DNA from: Toensbergia leucococca
Lineage: Eukaryota
Assembly: GCA_022813965.1 (NCBI GenBank)
Contig: JALDZS010000003.1
Span: forward strand, 1-64,000
Length of the DNA: 64,000 nucleotides
Reading direction: 5' to 3'
Part shown: in pieces, positions 27,050-38,566 of the stretch
Numbering within the stretch: the stretch's first letter is position 1
Layout of the letters: every line of letters starts with the position of its first letter
Notes under the pieces: model-generated
Seen by the model: the letters and a program-made list of their open reading frames with translations, nothing else
Database searches by the model: none
What the model was told of the DNA's origin: nothing
Program-made: the position numbers and the translations under genes

Positions 27050-28100
27050 TTTCAGCAGAAGGGCTCCATCTATGCTTCAATATGAAGTCTGAGTCAGTGG
27101 TTGAGATGAAGTGTCTTGAATTTGATCTTAAATCATCAATTAGATTCAGGAAAGAAGAAAGAGTTTAGTATCATCAATATTAGAGTGATTCAGATACTTA
27201 CCCCGTACGTGAGAGAGTGAGTTTTTATCCTTGAAGCTCAGAAATCAAACCATCAAGTCTTCGCACCCCTGCATCAACTAAGAAACCCCCCCCCCCCTTA
27301 AAAAAAACACTTTTAAAAAAGAATAAATGTTAGGAAAGGGCGGTTACCTAGCACAGCTACCCTACCCTACCCTTTCTGCATTTCAAGGGGTGAAAACTTT
27401 AGAAGGTTTTATGATTGTTGTGTTTAAAGAACTTGATTTACATAATCATAAGGGTATGTAGGTGAGAAATCTGATAACAATAATAGTTCAGATAAAATAG
27501 CATAACACTCTCAGAAAAAAGGGGCATATCAATCAAACAATCTGAGTATAAAAAAAAGAAAAAAAAAGAAAAAATTGACACAATGATAACTTCAGCTGTG
27601 TCAAAAATCTTCAAAATAGACTGAAAATGAAACAGTAATAACAACATTTTCAAGACTCTAAAAAAACAAAAGATTAAGATTTTTCACAATTGTTAAAGTA
27701 AAGCAAAAAGCACAAAGTGATATTTTTGCACAATGTATATTATATTATGTCACTTAAGAAGTTAAGGACCAGGATTTGTGCGCTTTTACATATAAAGGGA
27801 GATGACCTTCTTTATTTATTTGAGTTTAGATAGACATTCTTCAATCTCGAAAATCTGCATTTTGTCAACTTGAGATGACAAACTTTCTCTTTGATCATTT
27901 CAACATCTTCTCATTGAAATCATAGCATTTGCTACTTAAGGTTGTCTAATGCTAGACTTTCATCTATCTCATACTCAATAGACACTCATCTTCATCATTC
28001 TATTCTCTCTTAAGTCTATTCTGTCAAGGCTATTCTATTACATAGTCTATACTAACAGATACTAATCTATTGAGTGCTGTATTGCTTAAATTGTATCAGA
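27050..28100. other. AT-rich, CpG-depleted tract (probable degenerate repeat/TE relic)
   Basis: Abrupt drop in GC, only a handful of CpG in about 1 kb, homopolymer runs, no credible ORF. Confidence 0.5.
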
Positions 28101-28427
28101 TACTATTATTGCTTCAGGAAATGTGCTGCTACGGGGGCAGCAGAGATAGAGATTTCATGCTGTGAGCTCCTATTTTGATTACCTAGTTCCAAGAAGGTCA
28201 ATGAATGCGTCACTGTACGGCAACTGAGGCCCGAATATTCAAATTCCTGACATCGGTGAATAACCTGCCTCGCGTAAGCCGTGACTGGTAGAGCCACTAG
28301 AACTTTTTACTTCATATATTCCAATTCATAGCATTTACAAAAGCACTTTGGGTGGCGGAGAAGATTGCTTTCGTAGAGAACAATCCAACCGGGGGCTTAC
28401 AAATACGTCCTCGGATTGTTATTGTCC

Positions 28428-30297
28428 TCATATTGAGAAGCTCTCAGCCCATAAGTTCCTGCAAAGTTCTTCACAGATAGTGTCTGTCCATAGAAAGCTC
28501 TGTAGTATCTCTCTTATACCGTTCCAAGACTTTCCAATGTATCCAGCAGTGCTCTGGATTTGACTGATGTACCACGTCCTGCTTGACCCATTGGTGGAAG
28601 CGCCGCCAATGAACAGTATCCACAGCATCAGTCGAAGGTGATCCGAATGAAACCGGCCACGGTACTGGGTAAGCCCGGCTTGAAGTTGATCTGATAGACT
28701 CGAGTGAACACCATCACCCTGCTTCCGGAGATTCAAATTGCAGAACATCAAAGCTGCCAAACAAACGAAATTGTTGATATTCACTTGCTTTGCACCATCC
28801 ATTTCGCGAGATTGATGACGTGACTGCCAAAGGGTCAGGAAATTCTCCAGGGTTAACCACCGGTCGCGTAACTCATACTCATCGCGGAAGCCTAGATTGG
28901 AATAGCATCCCGCTGAGAGGGTCAAGCTAGAAATCTCCTGTAGGACTTCTGCTAGCTTTGCATCAATTACGCTTGCTAGCGCGAGAGAGACGAAAGGGTG
29001 CTTGGATCGATACAATTTAGGCTGTGGTCGGAGAATAGGAGCTAAAGGAACAGACATTGGGTATGAAACAGGTATTTCCGATGTTGTCGAAGAAGTCGGT
29101 AGCAAGCTGAGGAAGCCCAAACCGTGGATCCTTTACGAAACCCTATTTTCAGCATAATAAATCTAGTAAACCATAGATCACAGCATATCATAGACTCACC
29201 AGCGAAGGAAGCTGCGAAGTGTTCTTGTCTCAAGACCATCAATCCCACCCTTTAGCCTTACCATCTCTGCCACGCCCTAAGTAGTATAAGCACCACTGCC
29301 TTTGAGGCTGTTTTTGCGGGATTTTTGATTACCTTGAGATGTTGCTGTCCTCGCTTTGCGTCGCCGTGTAAAGTCTGTCGTGTGACTTGTTTAAAAGCGC
29401 TCATTGCGAGGATGAGAATTCAAGTTACCTCAGTAGAAGCAAGTAGGCCGGTCGCAAAGATTATGTGATCTGAAACCGCGTCATCTTCCCTCAATGCCTT
29501 TTGAATGAGCTGTATGACTCGACTTTCATGTATAAGAGGGGCGCTCATAGAAGTCCAACCGGGTTCATCTAAACGAAAATGGTGAGCTGTAACTGAGAAC
29601 AACATAGCATGGTACATGACAGGCGAGTTCAAAGCCATTGGTATCATGACCTGGTCTGCGTTGTGACACTCGAACATCTTATAGTATAGCGACGACTCAA
29701 TTGAGAGCAAACGAAGGTCTGAAGAGACGGCGTTTCAGTACATGGGCATGGCTGAGAGGTGGTATCAAGGCATTGATGCTACTATATGCAGGGCCATTCG
29801 GGTGGCCTATAACAGACCCACCTCGTTCAGGAAGTAAGATCATACTTACAATGTGAAGCCAAGGAGACTTCCTCCATAGGAGCATCGACGACGTGTGTGC
29901 GAAACGGGTCGAAGACATGGACCTCAAATCTACTTGGGGAGACTGGGGCCAGCTTCTCCTTCTCCACGGCTGGCGGGTCTTCCTGCGTGTCGCTAAGCGT
30001 AAGCTGGACGCAGTCATTTGCGCTTCTCTTCCTCAGTCGAATGTTCTGATCCTTTCGTGCCCTCATCTTCTTTATTGCATGATTCATAGCGAGCGTGCGA
30101 ACCATTCTCCGATTCTTATCTAGTTTAGACTCGATTTCGGGATTTGAGAAATTGAGCCAATGCAAATCTGTAGGCGTAGGCTTCTCTGCATCTCGGGGTC
30201 GATGTGAAAGGGCCGGCTGGGTATTCTTCCCCAACGAATCGTCGTCTAGTCGTGGCAGCTTGGTGACCATGGTGTCTAAAGGTGCAGCACTACTCAT
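28428..30297 (-). CDS. Fungal transcription-factor-like protein (Fungal_trans_2-like, no Zn2Cys6 cluster seen), multi-exon
   Basis: N-terminal motif WLNFSNP...RRMVRTLAMNH, then FDPF, ALNSPVMYHAML, and C-terminal LMLWILFIGG...RTWY...LQSFLW typical of this family. Start codon approximate. Confidence 0.7.
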
Positions 30298-31225
30298 ACA
30301 GCCGTAAGACTTGACCACAATAGGAAAATGGAGAGAGGACACGTACAAGGCAAACGAAGAAGGCAGCAAGAGTTGGCAGTGCTTACCTGGAAGCGCAGCC
30401 TGATGCCATCGCGCACGACTTTGTCCCTCTTTTGATCAAGTCTCGTTGCTGAAATTTTACAATATCTGTACTCGTACTTTGGTGCGTGTCATCTGAAGAA
30501 GATAGAACGGATTAAATCTACGGTTTCTATTTCAATTTAATGACGGGAGTGAGGGTGTTTAGCACATGCAATTCATCTACGACTTCTTGGCACCGATTCG
30601 GACTAGCGGCCCGATAAGCTATTATATTGATAAGCATGCGTACCGCCTGCGAAACACCGCTATTGGATCGCATCTACTCGGGCATCAACGGTTCAGTTGC
30701 ATTATGCCACGAAAACATCATGCATAGGATAGATAGCGACTTCATGGCGATATGGTGGAGATACGGGGGTGAGACGCAGGGAGTCCGGCAGTACCCGTAT
30801 GACTCCCGCATGCTTATCTCGACCCCATTTTCCTATGCATCTATTCTTCTAGATAAATAGAGGCTATTGCTTCGTAATGAAGCTGGCTCCTTAGCTTTTA
30901 GTTTGAATACTATACACACTATACAGCTATTAGCTATTCCTTCTACATACGCAGTCACATTGCCTAGAACCCCTGATTCGACCCCTTATTCAATATAACG
31001 TCTGAGTCATTACAAAATTGACTTACTGCGGTCATGACTCACAACGCTACTAGAACTTATAGATGAGTGATACTTTCCTACTGAATGATGTTCTCAGATG
31101 ATTCTTTAAAAGCTTTTAAGCTTACAGGACTAAATTTGATGTAGGTATGATGTAGGCATAGGAATTTGGGTGGAAGTGTGTGATGATCTGCGGTGCCAAG
31201 ATTTCGCAGATGTTTCGCATTCGCT

Positions 31226-31768
31226 AAATCCGTACAAGTGAGATAAATTCATGAAGCGCCTAGCCTAATATGAAGCACCACTCGCACTAAGGTAATGGTG
31301 AACATGAGTAAATTGCAGAAATTCACAGAAAATGTTAAAATTTGACCTCACAGGTCACGAACCTGACCGGAAGCCAATTGTGCACAAACACAATAGCCAA
31401 TTTTCAGGCAGCAATGCAAGGTTCCTAGCGCTCAATTAATTAAGGTACAGGGTACCTGCAGAAACTACCTTAATTCTGAAAGTAAAATTTTAATTTCATG
31501 ATCACAGTGAAAAATATCCGTACTCCGTATCTGTATTTGTACAAGTGAGATAAATTCATGAAGTGTCTAGCCTAATATGGAGCACTAATGATGAACATGA
31601 GTAAGGTAAATTGTTAAAATTCAACCTCGCAGGTCACAAACCTGACCGGAAGCCCATTGTGCACAAACATAATAGCCAATTTTCGCAAGGTTCCTAGTGC
31701 TCATTTAATTAATTAATTACAGGCTACCAGCAGAGCTTTTTTGAACAACGAAGTGAAATTTCATGTAT
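31226..31768. repeat. Diverged tandem duplication (two copies of ~260-290 bp)
   Basis: GTACAAGTGAGATAAATTCATGAAG, CAGGTCAC.AACCTGACCGGAAGCC.ATTGTGCACAAACA and GCAAGGTTCCTAG each occur twice, starting at ~31232 and ~31539. Confidence 0.9.
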
Positions 31769-31860
31769 CTCTCATCTCCATTCGTTGATTCACTCAATCC
31801 TCATATTTTAGCCCTTTTCACATTCAAAAGTTTGAACACTTTACAACCAACCTTAGTTCA

Positions 31861-32045
31861 TCACCGCAGATACTTAACTCTGCTACTCCACTCGTATCTC
31901 TTTTCACAATCACTTCTCAATCACTGAAGATACTTAAGTCTGCTACTTCACTCATATATCTTCTCACAATCACTTCTCAATCACCGAAGATACTTAACTC
32001 TGCTACTCCACTCGTATCTCTTCTCACAATCACTTCTTAATCACC
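31861..32045. repeat. Minisatellite, 60-bp unit x3
   Basis: TCACCG(C/A)AGATACTTAACTCTGCTACTCCACTCGTATCTCTT(T/C)TCACAATCACTTCTCAA repeated at 31861, 31921 and 31981. Confidence 0.95.
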
Positions 32046-32147
32046 TCTCTTCAGTGCTGAGATCGTTATCTGTAATCTTGGGCTATTTCATTCTCCTTAG
32101 TGTCTAGCTTGTTCAAAGCCCACTTCCACAAAGCCTTTCCAGCCATC

Positions 32148-33530
32148 ATGACGTCCATCCTATTGAGTGCTGAAGAAATGTTCAGTATCGAAGAAACCCA
32201 ATCCCTACTAGAAGACCAGATATTCCTATCGTCATGCGTGTTGGGGAAGCGTAAAGTTTCGGCGGCACTCCTAAGTCCTCCGTCGAGCAACACAAGCAGG
32301 TCAAGCTCGTCATCTACCTCTGCGTCAGTCCGTACATTGGGATTTCCCTCTACCTCAAATCACAGCTTTGAGATTCCAACAGCTGAGCGCAGTATTGCTG
32401 CTCTTGAGTTCATCGGCTTTGATACTCTGACAGCAACCGCCATCTACGATAGATGGGATAGCCGACCAGATCCACACCGATGTCCCGATGATCTTATCGA
32501 CTACGCCTACAGTGACATCTCACGGCTGAACTCGCCGTCTTTCCAAGACTATACCCCCCGAGAAGCAATGGCGAAGATCGGTATGAGTCAGGACTTCCAA
32601 GATGCGCTTACAGACCCACGATTCACCAGTATATGCGGTACAGAAACACTGCATTATTGGGTCAAAGACACGCTTATGATCAACTACGCCACACTTTTGC
32701 AGCTCCAAGCACGACTTAAGAACCATGCTGCTAGGAGCCGAGCCGTTAAGAAGTCTAGGCGAGCCCGCATTCAAGATATTATTCAGGCACCGGGACTCCA
32801 TGCTGCACAGCAACAACTCCAACCCTCATCCTCAGTCACTGCCACCTTCAACATGACGCCCGAAGATTATAACATTCCCTCAAATCAAATTGCCTTCGAA
32901 ACTGAAGGTCCAGTGTTGCCAGGTCACATTGTCCTTTACAAAGGGAAAGCAAGTTACGAAGTGGGCGAAGGGTGGATCGCGGATGACGGAAGCCTCAATA
33001 TGAGATCAATCGCGACCTACGCACACGGCGACTTCAACCCTGAGTCCGTCGCGTACTACTGGACCCCGGAAAAAGAAGTCGCCGAGGAATACAGAGAGTG
33101 GGCTGCGAGACGATGTTCCTGGAGCGAGACATGGCTGATACGCATCCAAATACCAGTACAATTTGTTAATAGCCTAACCTCACAAGAGCTCTGGTACTCA
33201 CCAAATTGGAAAGAATATGTCTGGTATTGCAGGGGCGTCAAGACGCTGCCAGCCAAATTTGACTCGCTCTGGGCAACGGGAGAGACAGACATCATCAAGG
33301 GCCATATATGCTCATATCTCAGCGCTCAGGTGACACGCATCAAGCAGGAGAACGTTCAGACAACGATGACCGAGGACTTTGCCATGAAGATCGGCTCGAG
33401 CGGTAGGAAAGCTACACAATGGGCGTTCATGCAGCGGAACAGTGTTGAACGTCTGAGAGAGCAGATCCGCGGGAAGATCCACATTGACATCACTGCTGCA
33501 ACAATGGCCCAAGGCGGGTTTCAAAAGTGA
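32148..33530 (+). CDS. Intronless 460-aa protein with putative DUF3990-like ADP-ribosyltransferase-fold C-terminal domain
   Basis: Long uninterrupted ORF (CDS itself well supported). Motif order IVLYKG...GDF...YYWT....A..Y..WA...WKEYVWYCR...DIIKGHI...TQWAF resembles DUF3990/ART-clan proteins; domain call is by eye. Confidence 0.7.
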   Translation: MTSILLSAEEMFSIEETQSLLEDQIFLSSCVLGKRKVSAALLSPPSSNTSRSSSSSTSASVRTLGFPSTSNHSFEIPTAERSIAALEFIGFDTLTATAIYDRWDSRPDPHRCPDDLIDYAYSDISRLNSPSFQDYTPREAMAKIGMSQDFQDALTDPRFTSICGTETLHYWVKDTLMINYATLLQLQARLKNHAARSRAVKKSRRARIQDIIQAPGLHAAQQQLQPSSSVTATFNMTPEDYNIPSNQIAFETEGPVLPGHIVLYKGKASYEVGEGWIADDGSLNMRSIATYAHGDFNPESVAYYWTPEKEVAEEYREWAARRCSWSETWLIRIQIPVQFVNSLTSQELWYSPNWKEYVWYCRGVKTLPAKFDSLWATGETDIIKGHICSYLSAQVTRIKQENVQTTMTEDFAMKIGSSGRKATQWAFMQRNSVERLREQIRGKIHIDITAATMAQGGFQK

Positions 33531-33885
33531 GCTTGTGCCCTAATTCCCCTTTATCGCCATTACCTGTCTTACACACTAGTCTTGCTAGATGAGCTCAATC
33601 GCAACCTCCTTCTTCTTCCTCCCACTATGTCTAGGTGACGATAATTGATAGTCAAAGCTTTGGCGCATGGTTGAGATTGAGATATGAGACGCGCGATGCA
33701 GTCCAGTTTGGCGGCAGTTTTCCTTCGTTGGAACTTACCTTGGTCAAAAAGGACAAGGCGATATGATAGTGGAAGGGGTTATCTCATCTGTTGGTTGGAC
33801 CCAAAGCCTGTGTTTTTTCGGGTGTCATACTGGGATGTCTAGCGGGTTAATCGATTGCGAGGGATAAATTGCGAATGCAACCTCG

Positions 33886-35986
33886 ATGGATGTGGTTTTT
33901 TTTTCTTTCAGGGCTGCTGAATGCGATTCTGCTGGGCAATATGAATTGCTCGTTGCCTTGAATTTTATTCTAAAACAGTCAGCCAATCTTGTTCAAATTT
34001 TCATTTCTAGCAGGGACGATGGAGATATCGTCTGTCACCTAGTCGATTCCCCGAATGTGTTTATCCGTGCAAATGATAGTGAGTTGGACATAGGTCGCTT
34101 TATTCATACGAAGATGGATCAAGCAATCAGAGAGAGAAGGATGGTAAAGGGTAAAGTCTCGGAACATCTGAAAGCTCGAATAATCAAGACGCTGCTTCAC
34201 GGCGCACAGGGGATGTAGGTCTAAAAGTCTTGATCAATTACCTTCACTTGCTTGCTAACAATCTCAAGGTTTTACTGGGTCAGCCTTCAAATTCAAAATC
34301 TGTGTGACCCGCAACGGATAAGACACGAAGAGGATTTTAATGAAGAGCTAGGACGGCTCCCGGAAATACCGTGTCAATCTTATGAGATCACATATCAAAG
34401 AATTCCTAGTTCAGCACGTGCAAGTCAGACAATTGCAGAGATGGACTTGAAATGGCTCCTTTGCACCCAACGGCCTCTCAAAAGCCGTGAGCTCATTGCT
34501 GCCGTTTCTGTGGACACTGTAGGAAGACACGTCAATATAGAGAACGAGGACCTGTTAGATCTATGCTGTAATTTGGCGGTCCTCGATACAGAACTCGATA
34601 TCTTTCGGTTTGCGCATTTATCTGTACGAGAATATCTCGAGACTCGGGCAGAGTATGGTCTCCTCGCAATGCAACCGCTCATTCTGGAAAGATGTTTTGA
34701 TGTTCTCACGCTCGCGCAAAGAGAAGACCCCACGGCGGGTGATACGACCTATGAGAACTCCATACTTCGACCGTATGCTCTACATGTATTGGCCGGTGCA
34801 TTATCGGATCTTTAGGAGCAACCCGCCAGCGGATCGCCTCCGTCAGAAGTCAACACGGTTTCTTTTCCACAGCTACGACATTAATCATTCTTTTACAACC
34901 TGGGTGTCAGCTGCAACCCAAGCGTCGAAATCCCTGAGAATAGGAGATACTCTTAGGAGGCAGGTCAAAGCAGTGACAAGTACACCAATGACACCTTTGT
35001 TTGTAGCGTGTGCTTTCGGCTTGGTTGCTATTTTACATGATTTGTATAATTGGATGAGCATTGATTGGAATCAACGCAACCATCAAGGGAACACCGGCTT
35101 ACACGTGGCAGTTGCGATGGGACATGAGGGTATAGTTCGATTGTTGTGTGAACGAGGAGGGGACGTTGAGGCAAAGAATGAAGCTGGATGTACGCCACTA
35201 CATGTGGCGGCCTGGACTGGTCATGGGATGATTATGCAACTCCTAATAGAGAATGGGGTCAACACTGAGTTGACAAATGAAAGGGGATTTATAGCGTTGC
35301 ATGAGGCAGCCAGAAGTGACCAAGAACTGGGAACCCGGATTCTACTGAAGCAAGAGGCGAACATTCATACAAGAGATTCGTATGGACGAACTGCATTATT
35401 TTGGGCAATCGAAAACGGAACACAGAGTGTGGTAAACACACTGATTGAAAAGTGGGCGAATATCGAGGCGAAAGATAAGAAGGAGCAAGGAGCATTATTG
35501 GGGGCAGTAAAAGCTGAAGATGAGGCTGTAGTGAGGGCACTATTCGAGAAGAGACTGGGAGCTCATGGGGAAGATAGCAAGAGACGACGACTGCAGGCAG
35601 CCAGATATGCGAATGAGGCGGTGTCATGGCCACTACTAGAACCTGGCCTGGCTGTAATAATCAGAACGACCAGTGTAATCCGCAACAGATTCGAGGTATT
35701 TGCGCAGCTCCTACAAGAACGATATGACTCTCTCAATCTAGCCGTCAGCGACGAAGACATGAGAAAGGCGGCAGACTCACAATCTGAATTCAAGCAAGAT
35801 ACATGTTGCGATTCCTGCGACAAGATGATCTCGGATTTTAGACCTAGTTACCATTGCAATACCTGCAATGACGGTGATTTCGACCTCTGCGCAGGATGCT
35901 TCAATGCTGGTGAACCATGCCAGGATTCTGATCATCTGTTCGTGAAGCGCCTTGGCCTATATGAGATACAGCCCATTGAGATATAG
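33886..35986 (+). pseudogene. 5'-truncated, frameshifted NLR-like gene (NACHT C-terminal part, winged helix, ankyrin repeats, ZZ-type zinc finger)
   Basis: IFISSR, GAQGM|FYWVSLQI, LKWLLCTQRPL...EL and FRFAHLSVREYL (post-NACHT helical/WH region). Frameshift near 34780 (RPYA then YWPVH in another frame). Ankyrins GNTGLHVA, GCTPLHVA, GRTALFWA. C-terminal CDSC...YHCNTC..GDFDLC..C...H. No Walker A and only a degenerate Walker B (RAAECD). Confidence 0.8.
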
Positions 35987-36157
35987 CTCTCTACTCCGAA
36001 GGATTCAGGTTGTGGATGATCAATCGGGAATGGAGTTATTGACCAGTTGAAAAAAGTGTGAGAATGTGCCCAATATTTCAGTTTATCCTGGACGCAAGAT
36101 TAAATTGTCAGTCATCTTTACTTCAAGTCTAGTCCACTCACTCTAAATACTGTCATC

Positions 36158-36228
36158 TATCCCCGTGTCCTGGCAATCAGGGGTTCGGTCCCTTGGAACG
36201 GAACCCCCCTGCCAGGACACTGGGTATA
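36158..36228. repeat. Short GC-rich inverted repeat / hairpin
   Basis: GTGTCCTGGCA (36165-36175) pairs with TGCCAGGACAC (36210-36220); inner GGGGTTC pairs with GAACCCC. Confidence 0.8.
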
Positions 36229-36874
36229 ATCTCAAGCTACACCTTTTTATATCATGCCCTTTCTTTCTCACTGGCTTCAGACACCAACAAAAAAAAACCT
36301 TTCTTCGTTGAGATATTTAATGGATTCATCCGAGGAGGGCATGCGTTGTGCGCCGATTACGGAAATGTGTGTCTGAAAGTTTTTTTGAGAAGTGTGAGTT
36401 GAGGGGTTTGATGATGAGGGGGAGAGGTGGTGAGTTGATGGTGGGAAAGGGAGGAGTAGTTTTTTAAGGGTGAGGATCAGGATGTGAAGGGAGGTGTGGA
36501 GTTTTGAGGGGAGTCTTGTTAGGAAGGGGGTTCTGAGAGGAATAGAGGGCGGATGGGAGGGATAGGGGGTGGAGAAGTGTGAAAGAGTTTTGATTTGAGA
36601 GGGGTGGTTGTAGTGAAAAGGTTGTCTATGTGAGAGCAAACGAGGGTTCATGCTTGAGGAAGTTCTTACTACGCTACCAATGTAGAATAGGAATCGAATA
36701 ATCAAATCCATATCCCCCACCGAAAAAACAGCAAATCATTTCGATGGATGTCGTAAATTCGAGTCACATAATCCGCCCCATCGCTAAAAAGTGAACCACT
36801 CCCAGACATGGCTTGCCCAAAAAAAGGAAAAAAAAGAGGGAAAAAAAGAGAAATATAGTCTAGATCCAACCTCA

Positions 36875-38566
36875 TCAAACGGCCTCCTCTATGAGCGTCT
36901 CCCCTTTCTCTCTCCGCTCTTCCCTCTCTCCTAAAAGCACCGCATCCACAGCCTCCCTCCCCGCCGCCTCGGCCATATCCCCATCATCCGCAACCCCAAA
37001 CTTCCGGCCCCGATACTCGGGTCCCACAAAAGTCAACAAAATAACATAAACATACACGCAAGCCAAAAAAATACAAATCACAAGCCCGTACTTGTATCTC
37101 TTCGTTTTCCCTTTCGGTGGCAGCGGGAAGCGCTCCCCAATTGTCGACTCAATGGTTGAGGAGGCCGAGGACACGAGGTTGCCTAGTTGGTAGGATGTGC
37201 CGACTACGAAGGTGCGGAAGGAGCCTGGGGAGAGTTCCATTAGATGGATGGGGATGACGCCCCAGGCACCCTGAACGCAGAATTGTTCGAAGAAGGCGGC
37301 GGCGATGACGGCGTGCGAGGCGGTGAATGTGTAGGGATAAAGGAGGGCGCCGCCGATGATGCACATTACTATTATTGAGAAGCGGCGGCCGAATATTTGG
37401 GAACCTGATGGTTGGCGGGGTCAGTTTTGGGGCACTTTTCAAAGAGTAGGACAGGGAAGCTTACAGTAACCAACCACTGTTCCGCCTGTCATTGCGCCGA
37501 GGTTAGCGACGACTTGGGTTACTGTAACGGCGTTGGGTGAGAAGTTGTATTGATTTGTTAGCATTGTGGGATATAGATCTTGAGAACCGTGAGACTACGT
37601 TGAGAGTCAGTTTCCGGGCAAGTGTAGATAGAGGTGCAGATCAATCTCACCATGAAGTTGAACCCAGCCATTAGAAGGACAAGGTATATCAAAAGGAGCC
37701 AGTGCTTCTTGAGCGCCACTTTACCCTCAGAGATGAATGTACCAGTGAGGTTTCCCCTTGCTTCTCGCACTGCACTTCGCTCAATGTAGGACTGGGTTTC
37801 CGGTAGGCATAAACGAAAGGCAATGATTAAGATTGGGGGACAAGCACCGAACCAGTACAAAGGTCTCCAGCCATGGGAGGTGGTGTTGACCAAGGCTCGT
37901 GCAAAGGCTGTTGCTAGAAGATAGCCAAATGCATATCCTTGCTGCAGCATCCCCGATATAAGGCCCCTTGCTTCTTCGGGACAGTCTTCAAGAGCTGTTG
38001 CCGCGGCATTACCATAGAGACCTCCCATGGCAACTCCATAGAGAGCTCGCACGGCTAAAAATTCCTTGTATGTCTGACAGAAGCCGGTGCCTAATTCTAG
38101 GGCGATGAATAGAAGATTGTTGACGACGAACGGCCATCTTCTCCCATATCTGTCGGCGGCGATACCTGATAAGATGGTCAGTCCATCGGGGTGGAATCGA
38201 GGTCATTGATCGAGCCTTACCAAAAATGATACTGCCAACAGAACGAAACATGAGCACAAGAGTGATACCCCATGTAATCTGCGTAGTACTCTTATCAAAG
38301 GTCTTGGCTAGATCAGACACAGTCAATGAGACGGTGAAAAAGTCAAAGGCATCCCAGGTCCAGGCAAAGAAGCCAACGAAGAAAAATAACCATTGCTGGG
38401 TATTGAGCATGGCCAGCAGGCGAATTGGATTGGGGGCCTTTGCCATGGGAGGCTTGAGTGTAGAGAATCGCGTTCCAGCATATTTAGCTATACTTATGTT
38501 TTCCGGGGCTATGGGCACCTGGGAGATGGGCGACTCGTCGCGGCTTTTCTCGTCGGATGAAGACAT
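36875..38566 (-). CDS. JEN1: MFS carboxylate/lactate:H+ symporter (Jen1 family)
   Basis: AWTWDAFDFF, ITWGITLVLMFRSVG, RALYGVAMGGLYG, SGMLQQGYAFGYLLA, QGAWGVIPIHLMELSP and YQLGNL motifs. ATG at 38566 (MSSSDEK). Confidence 0.92.

Noticed and set aside
27190..28104. TCAGATACT direct repeat bracketing the AT-rich block as a possible TSD
   Set aside because: No terminal inverted repeats or LTRs inside; a 9-mer match could be chance.
31861..32045. Repeat arrays (60-bp, 23-bp, 19-bp) as CRISPR-like loci
   Set aside because: Head-to-tail repeats without unique spacers, in a eukaryotic context with no cas genes.
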